From a virus, in IMG/VR virus record IMGVR_UViG_3300021077_000115, positions 174,064 through 238,063 of that record: 64,000 bases of DNA; one strand, given 5' to 3'. The notes below the pieces were generated by a model. That model saw only the letters and a program-made list of their open reading frames with translations, ran no database searches and was not told the DNA's origin. Shown here piece by piece: positions 16,877-24,626 of this stretch. How positions within the stretch are numbered: position 1 is the first letter of the stretch; the number at the start of each line of letters is the position of its first letter. A program made the position numbers and the translations under genes.

Positions 16877-17197
16877 ATGTCACAAAGTCTTAGGGAATCT
16901 CCACAACATTCAATTGCTCCCAGTGATGCAGAACACCATCCTAAAACCTTGGAACAGGCAGTCATTGCGCTAGATAATATGCTCAATGAAGAAACTAAAT
17001 TGTTCCTTTCCGCTCTTAAAACAGAAGCTGCAATTATAGAACTTCATCATACGCTTGGACGCTATCTTAGAAATAAGTGGTGTCTGTGGAGTGGCTCAGA
17101 TCTTGCTAGGCATATGAAGGAAGTTCACGGAATAGACCACCCAGATGATATGTCACATGCAATTCTGGTTGCATATTGTAACAGTATTGTGAAATAG
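16877..17197 (+). CDS. hypothetical protein; in frame with the downstream FGE-family gene across a single TAG
   Basis: SD AGAGGTG; ends TAG 17195-17197; the 18 codons to ATG 17252 contain no stop and the same frame is used. Confidence 0.45.
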   Translation: MSQSLRESPQHSIAPSDAEHHPKTLEQAVIALDNMLNEETKLFLSALKTEAAIIELHHTLGRYLRNKWCLWSGSDLARHMKEVHGIDHPDDMSHAILVAYCNSIVK

Positions 17198-17251
17198 TCT
17201 CGGTCGAGAAAGCTACATTCTGGGTATTTACTAATAAACCAAGAATACGAT

Positions 17252-18115
17252 ATGAAATCTACAAAGTGGATTTTGATAGTCACCGCTTTACTCGCGTGTA
17301 TATCTGCAAAGAACATTCATCACGGCTCAATAGCCACTGCGCAAGAGCCGGCCTTAATTACCAAAGAACAAGATTTTGAACTTGACTTCTTGACAGAAAC
17401 TTACGACGAAAGTAAGTTCTCTTCACCAGCCGAATATCCGCCACCAATTTGCCCAGATGATATGATTGAAATATCTGGAGAGTATTGTCTCTTTGTAAAA
17501 GAAACATGTTTGAAGTGGATAGATGCGGATAATAAATATCCATATATGTGCGAGAGGTTTGAATACCCAACAAAGTGTTTATCAAAAACCGTACATATGA
17601 ATTTCTGTATCGATAAATTCGAAGCGCAAACTTCAAAAGATGAAATTCCAGAAGTCTTTATTGATTGGTTCACTGCAAAAACTAGATGTGAATCTTCTGG
17701 TAAAAGATTGTGCGATGTACGTGAGCTTACCTTGGCCTGTGAAGGGCCAGAATTGAAACCATATCCATATGGTTATATAAGAGATATTACAAAATGTAAT
17801 ACTGGAAACTCATGGATTGATCCTGATAAAACTCCATTTGAAAAACTAGATCGAAGAGTTACTAGTGGCAAATATGAAACTTGCAAATCAGATTTTGGAG
17901 TGTATAATGGCATTGGGAATGTTGATGAGTGGTCAATTAATTCTGAAGGATCAATGACAAAGGCTCCATATAAGAGCGCGCTGTTCGGTGGGCATTATGT
18001 AAATGGAATCAGAAATAGATGTAGAGATCAGGGAGTTCCATCTGTTACAACATCCCATGGCCCTGGCGCAAAGAACTACGAAATCTCATATCGGTGTTGC
18101 TCAGATGTGAATTAA
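17252..18115 (+). CDS. formylglycine-generating enzyme (FGE-sulfatase / SUMF1) family protein with N-terminal signal or TM segment
   Basis: MKSTKWILIVTALLACISA hydrophobic N-terminus; FGE-like motifs FCIDKFEAQ, WFTAKTRC..GKRLCDVRELTLACEG, GNVDEWS; no SD upstream of the ATG. Confidence 0.6.
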   Translation: MKSTKWILIVTALLACISAKNIHHGSIATAQEPALITKEQDFELDFLTETYDESKFSSPAEYPPPICPDDMIEISGEYCLFVKETCLKWIDADNKYPYMCERFEYPTKCLSKTVHMNFCIDKFEAQTSKDEIPEVFIDWFTAKTRCESSGKRLCDVRELTLACEGPELKPYPYGYIRDITKCNTGNSWIDPDKTPFEKLDRRVTSGKYETCKSDFGVYNGIGNVDEWSINSEGSMTKAPYKSALFGGHYVNGIRNRCRDQGVPSVTTSHGPGAKNYEISYRCCSDVN

Positions 18116-18122
18116 TATTTAT

Positions 18123-18201
18123 ACCTCCATAACTCAATTGGAATCAGAGTGTCTCTCTTCTAAAGAGAATGTTGTGGGTTCAACTCCCTCTGGAGGTACC
18201 A
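18123..18201 (+). tRNA. tRNA-Arg (TCT), CCA encoded
   Basis: ACCTCCA/TGGAGGT acceptor, D ACTC/GAGT, anticodon stem TCTCT/AGAGA, loop CTTCTAA, T-loop TTCAACT. Confidence 0.7.
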
Positions 18202-18238
18202 AGATATATGCAGTACAAACCGGAAGTACTAAATATAC

Positions 18239-18311
18239 GCCCCTTTAACTTAACGGATTAGAGTTCCTGCCTTCGAAGCAGGGAGTGGGAGTTCGATTCT
18301 CTCAAGGGGTA
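18239..18311 (+). tRNA. tRNA-Arg (TCG)
   Basis: GCCCCTT/AAGGGGT acceptor, anticodon stem CCTGC/GCAGG, loop CTTCGAA, T-arm GGGAG TTCGATT CTCTC. Confidence 0.7.
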
Positions 18312-18567
18312 CTAAAGGAAATATATGTCAGCAAATATGTTTATCAGACAAGCAGAACGAAACTCTTGTAGTGTAGGAAGTCTCAATAGAGGCTGGGACT
18401 GGCAAAATGGACACTGTAAATCTTTTGGGTTTAAGAAAGGTTTGCGTCGAGCAAGGCGCAGAGTCTCCAAGAAGATCATCGAAAGAGAATTAGCGGAGGC
18501 ATGATGGCAGAGAAAGCAAGAATGCAAGAAGCTGAAATGAATATCGGTAATAGAGGAAGTCTTCTAG

Positions 18568-18613
18568 AATGCGGTAATCGTAAGGGCTTGAATGCGGTAA
18601 TCGTAAGGGCTTG
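18568..18613 (+). repeat. perfect 23-bp tandem duplication (AATGCGGTAATCGTAAGGGCTTG x2) that frameshifts a small gene
   Basis: Without the duplication, the 18511-18721 ORF reads ...ECGNRKGLVENLKRGLRRARRRFSKKLIEIE..., paralogous to the upstream small ORF 18325-18504 (...KKGLRRARRRVSKKIIERE...). Confidence 0.75.
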
Positions 18614-18735
18614 GTTGAGAATCTGAAGCGCGGCTTGCGAAGGGCACGGCGCAGGTTTTCAAAGAAGCTGATTGAGATAGAGTTGAAAGATGTGGCACCA
18701 AAAGCACATCATAGATAATGGCCGCGTAACTCAAT

Positions 18736-18811
18736 GTTCCTGTAGCACAATGAATGGTGCAGTTTCCTCCTAAGAAAACGGTTGTGAGTTTAAATCTCAC
18801 CAGGAACGCCA
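18736..18811 (+). tRNA. tRNA-Arg (CCT), CCA encoded
   Basis: GTTCCTG/CAGGAAC acceptor, D GCAC/GTGC, anticodon loop CTCCTAA, T-arm GTGAG TTTAAAT CTCAC. Confidence 0.65.
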
Positions 18812-18865
18812 ATATAGTCGAGAAACTTAATTCGCAGTTCAATATGAGTGAATCATAGGAGAGCT

Positions 18866-19552
18866 GTGAATAAATGGACAAAAGAAGAATTCGAAGACGC
18901 AGTAGTAAAAAGCAAAAGCATCAAAGAAGTATTTCTACGTTTAGGAAATTCTACCACTGGATATAATACTTTCCACAGATACAAAAAGCTATATAAAATT
19001 GATACATCTCATTTATGTGGACAAATACTTGCTGGGAAAAACCAAAAGGGGCGAGTCCATCAACGGCCACTAAGCGAGATTTTAATCAAAGATGGCACTT
19101 CCCTAAAGATCAGATTGATTAAAGAAGGTCTGTTAGAAAACAAATGCAAAATCTGCGGTATAGACAGCTGGGATGGTAAACCATTGACTCTGCAATTAGA
19201 TCATATCAATGGAGATCACTGGGACCACAGAATAGAAAACCTTAGGATACTGTGTCCAAATTGTCATACTCAAACAGACACATATGCAAATAAAAAAGGA
19301 AGTAATAAGAAACCTCTAAGACGTGTAAATGCGGTTGTGATATAACATATCACTCAAGCACATGCAGAAAATGCCGGCAAGGAAATAAAAAGATCATTTG
19401 GCCAAGTTTAGAGTTCCTGGAAAAGTCCATACAAAACAGTAACTATTCATTTGTAGCCAAACAGCTTGGAGTGTCTGATAATGCTATAAGAAAACACCTA
19501 CAAAAATTAGGTGTTGAAGTTGTGAGCCCCTATAGTATAACGGAATAGAACA
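18866..19552 (+). pseudogene. HNH homing endonuclease with an apparent -1 frameshift at an A-run (about 19306-19312); zinc-ribbon and HTH tail continue in another frame into tRNA-Arg
   Basis: LDHINGDHWDHRIENLRILCPNCHTQTDTY in frame A ending TAA 19343-19345; frame B encodes CKCGCDITYHSSTCRKC ... SFVAKQLGVSDNAIRKHLQKLGV, matching the C-terminus of paralogs 21768-22391 and 22743-23519; one extra A in aataagaaacc would restore the frame. Confidence 0.55.
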
Positions 19553-19598
19553 AGACCCTACGAAGGTTGAGATACAGGTTCAAATCCTGTTGGGGGTA
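19526..19598 (+). tRNA. tRNA-Arg (ACG)
   Basis: GCCCCTA/TGGGGGT acceptor (two G.U), anticodon loop CTACGAA, T-arm ACAGG TTCAAAT CCTGT. Confidence 0.7.
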
Positions 19599-19599
19599 C

Positions 19600-19671
19600 T
19601 ATCCTGTAGCTCAATGGTAGAGTGCCTCCCCGACTAGGAGGAAGTCGTCAGTTCGAACCTGACCAGGATAA
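19600..19671 (+). tRNA. tRNA-Val (GAC)-like with C33 and U37
   Basis: TATCCTG/CAGGATA acceptor, D GCTC/GAGT, anticodon stem CCTCC/GGAGG, loop CCGACTA, T-arm GTCAG TTCGAAC CTGAC. Confidence 0.55.
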
Positions 19672-19678
19672 CTAACAT

Positions 19679-19749
19679 GGGCACTTAGTTAAATGGTAGA
19701 ACGCCTCTTTTACACGGAGAAGATAACAGTTCGATTCTGTTAGAGCCTA
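19679..19749 (+). tRNA. tRNA-Val (TAC)
   Basis: GGGCACT/AGAGCCT acceptor (one A.A mismatch), anticodon loop TTTACAC, T-arm AACAG TTCGATT CTGTT. Confidence 0.6.
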
Positions 19750-19761
19750 CAAAGATTTCAT

Positions 19762-19832
19762 GGGCCATTAAGTCAATGGAAGACTCGCAGACTTTTAATC
19801 TGTAAACATCAGTTCGATCCTGATATGGCCTA
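19762..19832 (+). tRNA. tRNA-Lys (TTT)
   Basis: GGGCCAT/ATGGCCT acceptor, D AGTC/GACT, anticodon stem GCAGA/TCTGT, loop CTTTTAA, T-arm ATCAG TTCGATC CTGAT. Confidence 0.75.
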
Positions 19833-19836
19833 CTAT

Positions 19837-19907
19837 AGAGGTATAAGTCAACGGTAGACTAGCGGTCTCTTAAACCGTCTATGAGAGTTCGATTCTCTCT
19901 ACCTCTA
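19837..19907 (+). tRNA. tRNA-Lys (CTT)
   Basis: AGAGGTA/TACCTCT acceptor, anticodon stem GCGGT/ACCGT, loop CTCTTAA, T-arm GAGAG TTCGATT CTCTC. Confidence 0.75.
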
Positions 19908-19926
19908 CTCATAAAAATGGTCGAGA

Positions 19927-19960
19927 AGTATCCATATATTATACTTAATATATGGATACT
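19927..19960. repeat. perfect 15-bp inverted repeat hairpin (AGTATCCATATATTA / TAATATATGGATACT) at the end of the tRNA block
   Basis: Seen directly; AT-rich stem; possible terminator or processing or protein-binding site. Confidence 0.6.
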
Positions 19961-20210
19961 AAATAGCAAATTACACAAATTAGGAATTGATTGGAGTCAT
20001 TATTCATTACCAACTCAATTGGTAAAATGACGGTAGTTCGTAAAGGAGATAGAATAATCAAAATAGGAGCGTCGGTCCGGTTAAGGCTCGTGAGGGTTTC
20101 CCTCCACACTCACGAAGTATCATCGTCCAATAACAACCCTGGATTCGTCCTGGACTTGTAGGATCAGGTTAAGTGCCGAGATGGAAGACAATCTCCCTAA
20201 TACTTCTTAT

Positions 20211-20282
20211 AGACCATTGGTGTAACGGTAACACAGCTGCCTCCAAAACAGTTAGATGCGGGTTCGAATCCTGTGTGGTCTG
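20211..20282 (+). tRNA. tRNA-Trp (CCA)
   Basis: AGACCAT/GTGGTCT acceptor, D GTGT/ACAC, anticodon loop CTCCAAA, T-arm GCGGG TTCGAAT CCTGT. Confidence 0.65.
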
Positions 20283-20579
20283 CAAGATAAATATGTAACC
20301 AAATACTCTTTGGTAAAACATAGATATATAACTAAACATGCTTACTAAAGAAGAACGCAAAGCAGAATTCTTAAGATTGATGGAAGTTACATCTGATTTA
20401 GAATGTACTTTCTTAGCTGGCAATCCAGATGGTATTAGTATATGCGCTTATTGTGATTGTTGGTGGCATGTTGGTGACATACCAAAACATACTTCAGGTT
20501 GTAATAGACCAAATCAGGATACGTGAGGTAACATGAATAACATACAAAAACTACAGTAAATCACAAAAGCAGAGATTGG

Positions 20580-20768
20580 TTGGATGATAGTAAAGAGAAT
20601 CTTGAGTTCTTGTGTCCAAATTGCCACAGTCAAACAGATGGATGGTGTGGTAGTAAATATGAAATTGAACTTTTTAGTGAAGTAGAACACTCAAGAAGAG
20701 CACGTGTAAGAAGACAATGTCAGCGTGGCGTAACGGCAGCCGCAGCAAGCTTAGAACTTGCTGAGTAA
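20580..20768 (+). pseudogene. HNH endonuclease remnant (C-terminal portion only) running into tRNA-Leu
   Basis: ENLEFLCPNCHSQTDGWCGS retains only the distal HNH motif; upstream half absent. Confidence 0.4.
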
Positions 20769-20800
20769 TACTCGTGGGGGTTCGACTCCCTCCGCTGACA
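20719..20800 (+). tRNA. tRNA-Leu (TAG), type II
   Basis: GTCAGCG/CGCTGAC acceptor, anticodon stem GCAAG/CTTGC, loop CTTAGAA, variable GAGTA-A-TACTC, T-arm GGGGG TTCGACT CCCTC. Confidence 0.75.
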
Positions 20801-20993
20801 CTATGATAACTTATCTATTAACAAAGATGTTTTATTTTCTATTCAGTGTTTGTGGACCTTTGCGTACAGCCGCTGGAACAGCAGAACGCAGATTGTATAA
20901 TGAACATCTTGGTGATATATGGGTATCAAAATATGATGTACAGATGCCAATAATATCGGAAGATGTTACTGAACCTGAATTAGATATAAAGTC

Positions 20994-21287
20994 ATGATGA
21001 CAGATTGTCCACTTTGTAGTCGAGAAGTTCCCCACCGGAGCGATCATCATTTGACTCCTCGCTCTCGTGGAGGGAAGGTTACACTTCCAATATGTTTAGA
21101 CTGTCATAAGTCAGTACATGCATTTTTCACAAACAAAGAATTGGAAGATAGATATAATACAGTTGATGCGCTTTTAGGGGACGAGAAGTTCGCCAAGCAC
21201 ATCAAATGGTTGAGTAAGCAAGACCCGAACAGGAGATATAGAACTGTAAGGGTTTCCGAAAAGAAACATCGAGGAAGAAGCGGATGA
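20994..21287 (+). CDS. small HNH-family endonuclease
   Basis: CPLCSREV...HHLTPRSRGG...CLDCHKSVH motif; ATGA overlap with downstream small ORF. Confidence 0.5.
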   Translation: MMTDCPLCSREVPHRSDHHLTPRSRGGKVTLPICLDCHKSVHAFFTNKELEDRYNTVDALLGDEKFAKHIKWLSKQDPNRRYRTVRVSEKKHRGRSG

Positions 21288-21466
21288 AAGTATACGAGTT
21301 AATTGAAAAGCTTTCGGAAATGCCGCAATTAGCAAATGTAAATATTGTGTTCGATACTGGTTTTGCGAGTAGAGATATTGAAAGCGTTTATATAGATTGG
21401 GAGAATGAATATCCTACTATATGTATAGATGAAGGTAAAATGTCTCGGATCGTCTCGGAGTGATAT

Positions 21467-21538
21467 GGGCCTGTCATATACGGGTTAGTATGCAATTCTT
21501 ATAAATTTGACAAGATGGTTCGACTCCATCCAGGCCTA
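21467..21538 (+). tRNA. tRNA-Ile (TAT) (AUA decoder) with shifted D-stem
   Basis: GGGCCTG/CAGGCCT acceptor, D CATA/TATG, anticodon stem CAATT/ATTTG (one mismatch), loop CTTATAA, T-arm GATGG TTCGACT CCATC. Confidence 0.55.
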
Positions 21539-21572
21539 CGCAATCTATCAATAACTTAGCAGATACATATTA

Positions 21573-21644
21573 CGGTCTATCATATAATGGTTAGTATGCA
21601 AGTCTGATACACTTGTCACGATGGTTCGAGTCCATCTAGACCGA
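21573..21644 (+). tRNA. tRNA-Ile (GAT)
   Basis: CGGTCTA/TAGACCG acceptor, same D-arm as preceding gene, anticodon stem CAAGT/ACTTG, loop CTGATAC, T-arm GATGG TTCGAGT CCATC. Confidence 0.7.
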
Positions 21645-21646
21645 CT

Positions 21647-21741
21647 GGGTAACGCGAAAAATAGTTCGGTTCTTGTCTTGTTCATGTGTGTTTCTTTCGT
21701 TTCTGGGTTCGTGACTTGTTGATTTGGTTTTCGCGTTACCC
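21647..21741. terminator. long hairpin (14-bp arms GGGTAACGCGAAAA / TTTTCGCGTTACCC, about 67-nt loop) followed by a T-run; probable bidirectional terminator
   Basis: Lies between the plus-strand tRNA-Ile pair and the 3' end of the minus-strand HNH gene. Confidence 0.5.
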
Positions 21742-21767
21742 TTTTCTTTGCCCCCATCTTCTAACGG

Positions 21768-22391
21768 CTAGGAGTGATTTAGAGTAGCTAAGTGACACTT
21801 TTTGCATCTATTAGCATCTGGAGATATTTTTCGGTTACACTGCTCGCAGCGATGGTGATTTACTTTACCCTTCCTACCAGAAAACGTAGGCGTCTGAGTA
21901 TGGCAATTGGGACATAATATCCTTAGATTTTCTAATCTGTTATCATCATGATCTCCGCTTATATGGTCTAGTTGCAACACTAACGGCTCTCCATTCCATT
22001 CATTACCTTGGCCGCATTTGAAGCATTTATCATCAAAAATATTGGAACTGATGAGCCGATCTTTCAATACTTGAGAATTTACCTTAATTCCATTTTGCAA
22101 ATACTCTGATATATCTTTTTTAGGACCAAACTTTCGGTTTCTGTTCGAGGCCAATCCCAACGTTATATGACCATAGCTGATTTCATCTTCAATCAATCTT
22201 CTCTTGAGGGTTTTGTAGTTTCCGCTTCCAATCCCGAAATGTTCTAGAATCTCAGCTAAACTCTTGCAGGCATTGACAATTTCTTGAAATTTTTCAGTAG
22301 TAGGTTTATATATTACACTAGTCTTTTTTCGGTTTACCATATAAGGACATATATCAATATACATAGATGTCCTTAGATAATTCGGCTCCAT
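21768..22391 (-). CDS. HNH homing endonuclease with C-terminal zinc ribbon
   Basis: LDHISGDHDDNRLENLRILCPNCHTQTPTF...RCEQCNRKISPDANRCKKCH. Confidence 0.7.
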   Translation of the reverse strand: MEPNYLRTSMYIDICPYMVNRKKTSVIYKPTTEKFQEIVNACKSLAEILEHFGIGSGNYKTLKRRLIEDEISYGHITLGLASNRNRKFGPKKDISEYLQNGIKVNSQVLKDRLISSNIFDDKCFKCGQGNEWNGEPLVLQLDHISGDHDDNRLENLRILCPNCHTQTPTFSGRKGKVNHHRCEQCNRKISPDANRCKKCHLATLNHS

Positions 22392-22454
22392 CTTCTAATG
22401 GCAGGATGACGCTCTCTCTAAGCGCCAATGCGAGTTCAAATCTCGCTGGAGTCA
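22383..22454 (+). tRNA. tRNA-like gene, anticodon read as CTC (Glu) with U37 and an 8-nt T-loop
   Basis: GGCTCCA/TGGAGTC acceptor, anticodon stem CGCT/AGCG, loop CTCTCTA, T-arm GCGAG TTCAAATT CTCGC (8-nt loop). Confidence 0.4.
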
Positions 22455-22455
22455 C

Positions 22456-22541
22456 TGCGGGAATGTAGTGCAAAGGCGGCACACGAGGCTCATAACCTCG
22501 TCCGAAAGGCGCGATAGGTTCGATTCCATCTCCCGCTACCA
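22456..22541 (+). tRNA. atypical tRNA with CAT anticodon (Met or Ile2-type), GNRA-hairpin insertion in the variable region, CCA encoded
   Basis: TGCGGGA/TCCCGCT acceptor (1-72 mismatch), anticodon stem CGAGG/CCTCG, loop CTCATAA, variable TCCGAAAGGCGC, imperfect T-stem. Confidence 0.4.
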
Positions 22542-22742
22542 AATGGAAACGTTCAGACCAGGCGTATATAGTTGGTCAAAGAAGTGTGCAACCAAAACAA
22601 GTAACCGAAAACGCGCTGAATGGTACTTGTATAAGAAGGAACATAAGTCGCATTACCATCAACGTATTCGGCAAATAGGAGATTCAGATTACCACTACGA
22701 TTTTGATGGAGACTACGATCTCTTTGGTTGGTATGATATTCA

Positions 22743-23519
22743 GTGTGGAGATCATTAGTATGTCGTGGAACCCAAAAGGCTAGGGGCCTGTCTGCAAAAC
22801 AGGTATTTGTGAGTTCGACACTCACCCACGACTCCAATATGGCAGCTAATTTAGGCACTAGAAAATCATGGACTGACGAGCAAATGTCAAAGGCAGTAGC
22901 TCAAGCACTTTCAATAGCCAGCACACTTAGGTTATTGAATATGTCACAAACTGGAGCTAATTATATAACAGTAAAAGATGCTATAAATCGACTAAGCCTA
23001 AACACTTCACATTGGACAGGGATTCATCATAGGAAGGGAAAGGCGTTAATTAATCCAAAGAAATCACTATCTGAATTATTGACTGAAAACTCACGAACAC
23101 AAACATCGCGTCTAAAACATCGACTCATAAAAGAAGGTCTGCTTACCAATCAATGCTCCGTATGTTGTCAAGAGCCTAGTTGGAAAGACAAGCCTCTGGT
23201 AATGGTGTTAGATCATATAAACGGAATAAATAATGATTTTAGATTTGAAAACCTAAGATTACTTTGCCCTAATTGCAACAGCCAGCAATCAACATTCGCT
23301 GGTAGGAACAATAAAAGTAAAAGAGGGCCAGGTCATTTTTGCAATAACTGCAATAGAAAATTAACAGCACTTAGAAAATCTGGTATGTGTAATGTTTGTA
23401 ACAATAAATCCAGATCAAAATCAAGCCAAGGTGATGGAATGGCAGACATGGTAGCCCCAAACACTACTGCCGCAAGGCGTGAGGGTTCGACTCCCTCTCT
23501 TGGCACTTATGATAATTAG
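22743..23519 (+). CDS. HNH homing endonuclease; 3' end reads through a tRNA-like element and stops at TAG in frame with the next ORF
   Basis: LDHINGINNDFRFENLRLLCPNCNSQQSTF + CNNCNRK...CNVCNN zinc ribbon; TAG 23517-23519, then gaa gta ATG 23526 in the same frame. Confidence 0.6.
   Translation: MWRSLVCRGTQKARGLSAKQVFVSSTLTHDSNMAANLGTRKSWTDEQMSKAVAQALSIASTLRLLNMSQTGANYITVKDAINRLSLNTSHWTGIHHRKGKALINPKKSLSELLTENSRTQTSRLKHRLIKEGLLTNQCSVCCQEPSWKDKPLVMVLDHINGINNDFRFENLRLLCPNCNSQQSTFAGRNNKSKRGPGHFCNNCNRKLTALRKSGMCNVCNNKSRSKSSQGDGMADMVAPNTTAARREGSTPSLGTYDN
23425..23505 (+). tRNA. tRNA-like element (type II shape, 9-nt anticodon loop CCCCAAACA) embedded in the 3' end of the HNH ORF
   Basis: GCCAAGG/TCTTGGC acceptor, D ATG/CAT, stem GGTAG/CTACT, variable hairpin GCC-GCAA-GGC, T-arm GAGGG TTCGACT CCCTC. 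Confidence 0.35.
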
Positions 23520-23525
23520 GAAGTA

Positions 23526-23792
23526 ATGGGATATAGAATTTGGCGAAAAGATAAACCAGGAATCTGGAGTTTGGCATTTGATACAATCTACGAAACTCAA
23601 GATAAAGTAAATACTGCGATTGAAGAACTCAAAGCAAGATATCATGACTTGATAAGATATGGAGAACTTGAATTCCTACCATATCTCGAACACATCAAAC
23701 TTGCTCGGGACGGCAGCATCATTGACAGCACGCCCTATAAGCGGCAAAGTCGGCCGGTTGAACGAAGAAGTCCTAATGGCCGCAAGAAGTAA
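23526..23792 (+). CDS. hypothetical protein
   Basis: 88-aa ORF; AGGAAG only 2 nt upstream of ATG. Confidence 0.35.
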   Translation: MGYRIWRKDKPGIWSLAFDTIYETQDKVNTAIEELKARYHDLIRYGELEFLPYLEHIKLARDGSIIDSTPYKRQSRPVERRSPNGRKK

Positions 23793-23891
23793 GCTTCAAT
23801 TTTTCTTGCAATCGCTACCGAGATTTGTTAGGGTGGCAAAGTCATCCGGCCGCTTCGCGGTTGGAACCCTACTATCAATCGGGTGAAGCTG

Positions 23892-23990
23892 ACGCCCAGC
23901 CAACCAATCAGTGGTGCTTACACGGCCCCATATAGATCCCATAGTTACGCGCTCCTTTCACAGCCCCATTAACTCGGTTGGCTGGGCGTT
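23892..23990. repeat. 14-bp inverted repeat (ACGCCCAGCCAACC / GGTTGGCTGGGCGT) separated by 71 nt
   Basis: Seen directly in the 270-bp intergenic region upstream of the Nudix gene. Confidence 0.55.
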
Positions 23991-24052
23991 ATTTACGAAG
24001 TACTCAATTGAATACATGAACAAAATCGAATAGTTGCTTCATGTCAAACAAC

Positions 24053-24087
24053 ATCTAGACAAGAGATGTTGTTTTGGGGTATAATGA
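24053..24087 (+). promoter_or_regulatory. sigma70-like promoter (TAGACA-17 nt-TATAAT) overlapping an operator-like palindrome
   Basis: TAGACA 24053-24058, spacer agagatgttgttttggg, TATAAT 24076-24081; palindrome AACATCT agacaag AGATGTT. Confidence 0.4.
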
Positions 24088-24095
24088 CCTACATG

Positions 24096-24608
24096 GATCC
24101 GAAGCTATTCTCAGTTGCCGCCCTGATTCCAATCGGCAATCAGGTTGTTGCCGTTTCTCGTAAGACCAACCACAATGACTTCGGTCTGCCGGGAGGTAAA
24201 ATCGATCCTGGCGAGACTCCGGAAGAAGCTCTCGTGCGCGAGCTTCACGAAGAAACCGGTATCACCGCAACCAAATTCAGTGTTGTCTACGAAGATTGGG
24301 ACCGCGTAGAAGGTGGTGAACCGCGCCCATGCCGAACGTATCTGATCGAAAAATGGGAAGGCACTCCGCAAGCCACTAAAGAGAGCGCAGTAGTGACGTT
24401 GCTTTACCCAAAGCAATTGATGAATCCAAGCAATACTTTCTGCAACTACAATTACAATCTGTTCAATCATCTGTCAAAAGAAGCAAGCTTTCGTAAAAAG
24501 CTAATTGAAATAGCGAGTCTATATGACGATGATGAAACAGATCCTAATATAGAAATTACTCGCGTTGATATACCAAGATCAAATCCATCTTGGCCAGTTC
24601 CAACATAA
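24096..24608 (+). CDS. Nudix hydrolase (ORF track start 24066 probably too early)
   Basis: Nudix box GGKIDPGETPEEALVRELHEETGI. Confidence 0.7.
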   Translation, partial: DPKLFSVAALIPIGNQVVAVSRKTNHNDFGLPGGKIDPGETPEEALVRELHEETGITATKFSVVYEDWDRVEGGEPRPCRTYLIEKWEGTPQATKESAVVTLLYPKQLMNPSNTFCNYNYNLFNHLSKEASFRKKLIEIASLYDDDETDPNIEITRVDIPRSNPSWPVPT

Positions 24609-24626
24609 ATATGCTAGGGGAATTAA

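Noticed and set aside
18568-18613. CRISPR array
   Set aside because: Only two copies, directly abutting with no spacer. The diverged about 75-bp repeats at 51990-52300 are likewise not separated by unique spacers.
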